Notes under the pieces: generated by a model
What the model saw: the letters and a program-made list of their open reading frames with translations, nothing else
The model's database searches: none
What the model was told of the DNA's origin: nothing
NCBI GenBank assembly: GCA_965203905.1
Contig: CBDBDQ010000005.1
Span: 6,464,001-6,528,000 of the forward strand
DNA from: Spirochaetia bacterium
Lineage (GTDB): Bacteria; Spirochaetota; Spirochaetia; SZUA-6; Bin103
Direction of reading: 5' to 3'
DNA length: 64,000 nt
Shown: positions 58,268 through 64,000 of the stretch, piece by piece
Numbering within the stretch: the first letter of the stretch is position 1
Layout of the letters: each line of letters begins with the position of its first letter
Position numbers and translations under genes: made by a program

Positions 58268-59994
58268 ATGTATTTCGCCATCAAAGTCTTGACCACCATC
58301 CTGGGTGGTGGATTGTTGTTTGCTTGTGTCTCTGGCAGTAGCGGAGGCGCTGGGACGCAACAGGTCACCAATGAAAAAACAATTTGAAAGGATCACGGCG
58401 GCTGAATCCGGTATCGATTTTCAACAGGGCTATCGAAATCCGACAGCCAATTCCATGCCAGAGATGTTTGCAGGCGGCGCCGCCGCAGGGGACTATGACA
58501 ATGATGGTGATATTGACCTCTTTATCGTCAGAGGAGATATCGGTCCCAATCTTCTCTATAGCAACCGCGGCGATGGGTCATTTATCGAGGTCGCTGAGAA
58601 CGCTGCGGTGGCCTACACCAAATCACCGGCCGACTCGCAGAATTACCGGCACAGCGGCCCTACCTTTGCCGATCTGGACGGTGACGCTGATCTGGATCTA
58701 TTTGTCGGTGGCATCAAAGGAGACCCTTCGAAGATCTACCGGAACAATGGCGATGGCACCTTCAGCGATGTAACAGCAGGTTCAGGCATTGACGACATGG
58801 GCACCCGTCATACCATTTCCGCAGCATTTGGGGATTACGATATCGACGGTGACCTCGATATGTTCCTGTCTCATTGGGGGACCCCTCGTACCGTGGGTAA
58901 TCCTGGCAGCACGGAACACTTGTGGCGCAACGATTCAACCGATGCGGTGTTGCGATTTACCGATGTCAGTCTGCATGCAGGTATTTCTGATGCGATTGTC
59001 ATGCATGCGTTTGAAGGCGCCTTGCCAGGAGATCACGATTACACCTTTACCCCGACCTTTGTAAGAATTGATGACGACGAATACCCCGATATACTCAGCG
59101 TGGCGGACTTTGGCACCACCCGTGTGTTTATCAATAACGGCGATGGCAGTTTCGAGACGTCACAGATACGGATCAGATTACTGACCGGAACGGCATGGGT
59201 TCGGCCGTCGGTGATTACGATAATGATGGTGATCTGGATTGGTTCGTCAGCGCGATCTGGAGTGGTGATACACGCGTTATCGGCAATCAACTTTATCGCA
59301 ATGATGAGGGTAGGTTTCAAAATGTGACGGATCGCGCCGGCGTTATTGATGGCGGTTTCGGATGGGCGGCCTGCTTTGCTGACTTTGATAACGATCAATG
59401 GCTGGATCTCTATCACACCAACGGTTGGGCCGAGGATGGCGACGTGCTTGTAAACAGGGCTGGGAAACCGATCGCGGTCGGTTGTTTATTTCCAATGCAG
59501 ATGGCTCCTTCACCGAGCGCAGCTCAGAGCGCGGTACTGTTGATGACGATAGGGGACTTGCCGTGGTATGTGCCGACTTTGACAGCGATGGCGATGTCGA
59601 CATATTTGTCACCACTCGAAACCCCTCGAATGCGCATTTGTTGTTTCGTAACAATATGGTGGGGTTTGAGCGAAACAGCTCCTTGAGTGTTACGTTGGCA
59701 GGTGACGCTCCCAATACGCAAGCCGCAGGTGCCCGGATAAGGGTCACAGTCGGCGACCTGATACAAACTCGGGAGATCACGATCGGTAGTAACTTTGCCA
59801 GCCAAAACCCGACGACCCAGCTATTCGGTTTGGGCGCTGAGGTGCAGGCGCATAGTGTAGAAATCGGTTGGCCCAGTATTAACGGTTTACCATCCCAGGT
59901 GGATACTTACACCAATATTTCTGCTGGATCCATAAAATGTACTCCAGGTGAATGTGTTGCAACGCCACGACAACGATTGCTCGAATCGGAGTAG
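58268..59994 (+). pseudogene. FG-GAP/VCBS repeat + ASPIC/UnbV (CRTAC1-like) protein, frameshifted
   Basis: Repeated DYDNDGDxDL motifs and C-terminal GARIRVT...FGLG, split over four frames (shifts near 58380, 59160, 59455). Confidence 0.85.
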
Positions 59995-60264
59995 GTCCGG
60001 GAACTGCGGGCGCGGGGCGTGCCCACCAACCCGATGCCGGTGTTCCGGTCGGAAGCAGCGCTGGTCGACACCCCGTGGCTGCTGCTGGACATCTCTCACC
60101 ACGGCATCATCCTGTTCGATCCGCGCCAGGTGCTGCACGCCAAACTGGCGGCACTCCGGAGGCGGCTCGCCGAATTGGGATCGCGGCGCATCGAGTTGGC
60201 CGACGGCTCGTGGTACTGGGACCTCAAGCCGAACCTGCGCCCCGGAGAGATGATCGAGCTGTGA
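59995..60264 (+). pseudogene. 5'-truncated minimal nucleotidyltransferase (MNT)
   Basis: LLLDI..GIILFD...RRLAELGSRRI..WYWDLKP...GEMIEL is the C-terminus of MNT proteins paired with HEPN; N-terminal catalytic part absent. Confidence 0.75.
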
Positions 60265-60280
60265 TCATGCGGGCTTGGCG

Positions 60281-60540
60281 ATGAGCAACGGCGAGCGCGG
60301 CCGCAAACTGCTGGCGGCGTCGCGCGAGCACCTCGCGGAGATGGAGGGCGCGCTGCACCGCCACTCCTGGAACATCGCCGTGCGCCGCGCGCAGGAAGTC
60401 GTGGAGCTGGCACTGAAGGCGGTGCTCACCTACCTGTGCATCGACTATCCGAAGGTGCACGACGCCGCCGATCTGTTCGTGGCTACGCTTGCCGCCCGGC
60501 AGATGGTCCTGAGTGAGGTGGAGGCGGCAGACGTGGTCGC
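60281..60540 (+). pseudogene. HEPN-domain gene interrupted by transposon
   Basis: WNIAVRRAQEVVELALKAVL...PKVHD; homology-like pattern and codon bias end at ~60540. Confidence 0.8.
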
Positions 60541-60710
60541 TGAACGGAGCGAAAGACAGTTGACGTTGCGCAGGGTGCGGCGTATCCATTATGTGGAGTT
60601 GTATACGTGCAAACGGTAACCGTTATTGCGTTGCGCGCCCAAGGGCGGGGTGAGGGCGTACCGGTTGCAGTGACGATGACGTAGGCGGAGGAGCGACAGG
60701 GGCGTAAAGT

Positions 60711-60750
60711 GTGAAGCCCGCAGCAGGTAAATGCTGCGGGCTTCACTTTT
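60711..60750 (+). terminator. Intrinsic terminator inside transposon left end
   Basis: 15-bp perfect stem gtgaagcccgcagca / tgctgcgggcttcac followed by TTTT. Confidence 0.8.
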
Positions 60751-60804
60751 AGGCGGCCTCGGCGAGCGGAAGACAACCGCCCGCCGAGGCACGAGAGGCA
60801 GCGA

Positions 60805-61629
60805 GTGTCCGAGGGTGCAACCGAGGCACACGCGCTCCCGTTCGCGACGACGAACTACCAGGCGGATCAGGACGGAACCTTGCGCGCCGTGCTGCCGTCG
60901 CGGTGTGTCTACGCCACGGGGGAGCAGACGTGTGCCATCTTCGTCGATCATTACCGCGAGCGCAAGACCGGGCCCCGCTATCCGCTAGCGGTGGTGGGGT
61001 GCGGGGTGCATGGGGGCCGGCGCTACACCCTGTATCCGCCCGGACACTACCCCTACGGACGGGTGGCGGTGGTGCCCTACAGCGCAGGCGGAGACGTGCT
61101 GTTGGACGCAACCGGCAAACGACCGCAGTGGCAGGTGACGCTGTTCGGGGCCGCGCAGGATGCGAAGCAGGGGAAGCTGTGGCCAGCCGAGCAGCACTGG
61201 TGGCAAGCGTTGAGTACGCCCTGCCGGCGCATCCAGGGACGGCGCCTGGAGCTGGCCGGTCGGTTGACCGGGGTCAGCCCGGAGTTGGACCAGCGGCAGC
61301 GGGAGCAGATCGCGACGCGCTTGGGAGTGGCGACCATGACCGTGCTCTGGGGAGCGCGCTGCTGGGGGCGCAGCTGGCGCAGCCGCGGCGTAGCGATCAT
61401 GGCGGTGTTGCTGGCGCTGGCGGTCAGCGCGACGCTGGGGGAGCGCATGGGTGCGGCTGGTGCGGTCAGCGACCTGTGGGGGCCACCGCGCCCGCGGCTG
61501 GTGGCGCGCTGGGAGCAGGCCGGCCAGAGCTGGGTGGTGGCCGCGAGCGGTCGTTCAGCAGCGCGGGAACAGGGGGTTGTCGACCACCTTCGGGGACGGG
61601 CGCCCCCGGCCACGAAAGCGCTTATTTGA
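60805..61629 (+). CDS. Transposon-associated Cys/His protein (DUF6431-like Zn ribbon)
   Basis: C-x8-C..HYRERKTGP..CGVH..YTLYPPGHYPY parallels the DUF6431 pattern found upstream of such transposases. Confidence 0.6.
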   Translation: MSEGATEAHALPFATTNYQADQDGTLRAVLPSRCVYATGEQTCAIFVDHYRERKTGPRYPLAVVGCGVHGGRRYTLYPPGHYPYGRVAVVPYSAGGDVLLDATGKRPQWQVTLFGAAQDAKQGKLWPAEQHWWQALSTPCRRIQGRRLELAGRLTGVSPELDQRQREQIATRLGVATMTVLWGARCWGRSWRSRGVAIMAVLLALAVSATLGERMGAAGAVSDLWGPPRPRLVARWEQAGQSWVVAASGRSAAREQGVVDHLRGRAPPATKALI

Positions 61630-61658
61630 AGCCTCCCGTACGGCGCTACGGTAGGCGC

Positions 61659-63065
61659 ATGAATGATTCGTCACGTCCCCCGTTACCGATCTCGGCTACC
61701 GCGCTGCTGCGCTACCTGGTGATCGCCGAGATGGAGGCCCTGGTGTTGCGCGGGTGGCCTGCGGGCGCCGCGGTACGCAAGGTTGCCCGCGCACCGCGGA
61801 TCGACCTGGACGGTCGTCCGGTGCGGATCAGCGTGCGTACCCTGCAACGCTGGCGCGCGGCCTGGGCGAGCGGTCGGCTCGCCGCCCTGGAGCCGCAGCC
61901 GCGCACCCGCACCGAGACCTCACTGGCGCTGAGTCCGCAACTGGTCACCTTTCTGCGCACCGAGAAGCAACGTGATGTGCGCGCCTCGGTGCCGGAACTG
62001 GTGCGGCGGGCGCGCGAGCGCGGCATCATCCCGGTCGACGCCAAGATCGATCGCACCACGGTGTGGCGCGCCTGTCGGCGAATGGGCCTGCCGACGCGTC
62101 AGCGACCACACAAACACGAAGCGGACACGCGTCGCTGGCGCTATGCCGAGCGCATGCAGTGCGTGCTTGCCGACGGCAAGCACTTCCGCGCCGGCGCAGC
62201 GCGGCTGCGGCGGGTGGCGCTGTTCTTCCTCGACGATGCCACCCGCTACGGCCTGGAGGTGGTGGTGGGCACCGCGGAGTCCAGCGAGCTGTTCCTGCGC
62301 GGCCTCTACGAGGTGGTCATGCACCACGGCACTGCGGATCTGTACTACCTGGACAAAGGCCCGGGCTTCATCTCCAAGGACACCCTGGCCGTGGTCCAGG
62401 GCGGCCTGGGCACCTTGCTGATTCACGGCGCCACCAGGTATCCCGAGGGCCACGGCGCCATCGAGCGCTTCCATCGCACCGCTTACGATCAGGTGCTGCG
62501 TTCCTTCGACGGTGCCGCCGACGTGGACCCCGCTTGCCAGGCACTCACGCTGCGCCTGCGCCACTTCCTGAACCGCTACAACGACACCCCGCACGAGACG
62601 CTCGGCAAGGACACCCCGCGCCAGCGCTGGGAGCAGGGACGGGAGTTGCGCTTTCCCACCGACGAGGCCGATCTGTATCGCCGCTTCGTGGTGCGCGCCA
62701 TGCACAAGGTCTCCAACGATCACGTCATCAAGGCCGCCGGTCGGTTGTGGGAAGCGCCGCGCCGCAGCGCCCGCTGTTGGGTCGAGGTGGCGCGCCACGT
62801 GCTCGACGGGCGGCTGTGGGTTCAGCACCAAGGGCGCATGATCGAGCTGGCCGAGCTGGATCCCCACGCCAACGCGACCTCACCGCGCGGCTCCGGCAGC
62901 GCGCCACAACCGACCGCCGACGAGGACGGCGAGGAACTCCCCGCCACCGCGGCCGGCATCGCCTACGCCAACGACACCCGCCCGCTGGTCGACCCCGACG
63001 GCGGCTACCGCGACCCGCAGGACGACCAACAGGACGACCAACACGTCCAGGAGCAGCAGCCATGA
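61659..63065 (+). CDS. DDE transposase/integrase (Mu/IS481-like)
   Basis: HTH (ISVRTLQRW); D (LADGK), D (YLDKGPGF), E (GAIERFH); YNDTPH. Confidence 0.9.
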   Translation: MNDSSRPPLPISATALLRYLVIAEMEALVLRGWPAGAAVRKVARAPRIDLDGRPVRISVRTLQRWRAAWASGRLAALEPQPRTRTETSLALSPQLVTFLRTEKQRDVRASVPELVRRARERGIIPVDAKIDRTTVWRACRRMGLPTRQRPHKHEADTRRWRYAERMQCVLADGKHFRAGAARLRRVALFFLDDATRYGLEVVVGTAESSELFLRGLYEVVMHHGTADLYYLDKGPGFISKDTLAVVQGGLGTLLIHGATRYPEGHGAIERFHRTAYDQVLRSFDGAADVDPACQALTLRLRHFLNRYNDTPHETLGKDTPRQRWEQGRELRFPTDEADLYRRFVVRAMHKVSNDHVIKAAGRLWEAPRRSARCWVEVARHVLDGRLWVQHQGRMIELAELDPHANATSPRGSGSAPQPTADEDGEELPATAAGIAYANDTRPLVDPDGGYRDPQDDQQDDQHVQEQQP

Positions 63066-63865
63066 GCCACGACCTCAGCCCACTGGGCTTCCGCAAGACC
63101 CCCTTTACTCGCGAGTTGACCGTGCGCGAGTGCTTCCCGCTCGAACCTCAGGCCCAGGTCGCCGCCGCACTCACCGCGGCGGTGCAGGAGCGCATGAGCG
63201 CCGCCCTCATCGCTCCCGCCGGCACCGGCAAGACCGTCGCCTTGCGCATGCTCGTCGCCACCCTGCCGGAGGTGCGCTTCCAGGTCCACTACGTCAAGGT
63301 GACCGGCCTCTCCAAGCGTGACCTGTGCAAGGAAATCGCGGTCGCCTGCGGCCTCTCTCCCACCGGGATCTATCCCGCTCTGGTGCGCAAGCTGCAGGAC
63401 GCGTTCGAACATACCGTCAGCGACGGCATGCGCCCCGTCATCCTGCTCGACGAAGCCCATGATCTGCGCCCCGAAGCGTTGGCCATGTTGCGCGTCCTCA
63501 CCAACTTCACAATGGACAGTCGCCTCGTCGTGTCCCTCGTGCTCGCCGGCCAGCCACTCCTGAAACTGCTGCTCCGGCGCCCTGAACAAGCCGCCATCGC
63601 GCAGCGCCTGGCGCACTACGCCGAACTGCGCCTGCTGTCCCGCGATGAGACCCGCGCCTACCTCGAACATCGCTGCACCCTCGCCGGCGCTCGCACCAAT
63701 CCCTTCGACGACGACGCTCAGGAAACCATCTTCGAAATGAGCCGCGGCAACCTGCGTGCCATCGACCGCTTGGCCCTGGCGGCGCTGCACCACGCCGCCA
63801 AGTCTTCTCACACCACCGTCAGTGCCGGCGACGTGATCGCCGCGCGCAAGTACCTGTGGCCATGA
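63062..63865 (+). CDS. ExeA-like AAA+ ATPase (transposition helper)
   Basis: APAGTGKT, ILLDEAH, LAGQP, SRGNLRAID; ATGA overlap with the transposase. Confidence 0.9.
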   Translation: MSHDLSPLGFRKTPFTRELTVRECFPLEPQAQVAAALTAAVQERMSAALIAPAGTGKTVALRMLVATLPEVRFQVHYVKVTGLSKRDLCKEIAVACGLSPTGIYPALVRKLQDAFEHTVSDGMRPVILLDEAHDLRPEALAMLRVLTNFTMDSRLVVSLVLAGQPLLKLLLRRPEQAAIAQRLAHYAELRLLSRDETRAYLEHRCTLAGARTNPFDDDAQETIFEMSRGNLRAIDRLALAALHHAAKSSHTTVSAGDVIAARKYLWP

Positions 63866-64000
63866 CCACACCGCTGCCCACCGTTCCGGTGCATGCCATC
63901 GATCCCCAGCCCGACGCTCCCCAGTGGCTGGTGCGCGACCTCTGGACCACCGCGGCTGTCGGCGTGATCGGGGGCAGCCCCAAGGTTGGCAAGTCCTGGC
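63862..64000 (+). CDS. AAA_25 / RepA-like ATPase (partial)
   Basis: QWLVRDLW...GVIGGSPKVGKSW Walker A; ATGA overlap. Confidence 0.8.
   Translation, partial: MTTPLPTVPVHAIDPQPDAPQWLVRDLWTTAAVGVIGGSPKVGKSW

Larger units (their letters stand above)
60541..64000 (+). mobile_element. DDE transposase/ExeA-ATPase transposon (right end beyond window)
   Basis: Begins TG at the HEPN breakpoint; carries Zn-ribbon ORF, DDE integrase, ExeA-like ATPase and AAA_25 ATPase. Confidence 0.75.

Noticed and set aside
60573-60599. dif-like GGTGCG...TTATGT
   Set aside because: Spacer length is wrong and both arms match poorly.

Overview
High-GC bacterial chromosome segment, most likely a Spirochaetota genome. 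This is inferred from the Treponema-like gene orders mraZ-rsmH-ftsL-murF-ftsW-ftsQ and DegT-like-nadK-recN, and from a stand-alone tRNA-Ile. The first ~21 kb is housekeeping (dcw cluster, recN, nadK, pcm, tRNA-Ile, ahcY, adk, metG). From ~21 to 48 kb there is an RND efflux operon and catabolic enzymes (sulfatase, three PhyH-like dioxygenases, epimerases, enolase-family, Zn-ADH), interspersed with lower-GC defence-like cassettes. The last ~16 kb is a mosaic of mobile and decaying DNA. Main observations: (1) a 2482-bp non-autonomous ISKra4/Mutator-derived element (49240-51721) with terminal inverted repeats and a 9-bp target duplication, whose empty site survives in a paralogous locus at ~44190; it carries an HNH nuclease gene whose start codon and RBS coincide with the 3' end of a truncated group II intron; (2) an AT-rich, apparently structured RNA element embedded in the murF coding sequence; (3) two candidate defence cassettes (an unknown two-gene pair, and an ABC ATPase + TOPRIM pair); (4) a DDE/ExeA-ATPase transposon interrupting an MNT-HEPN pair; (5) an HxG halogenase-like Fe/2OG enzyme. 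All family assignments come from motif recognition by eye, not from database searches.
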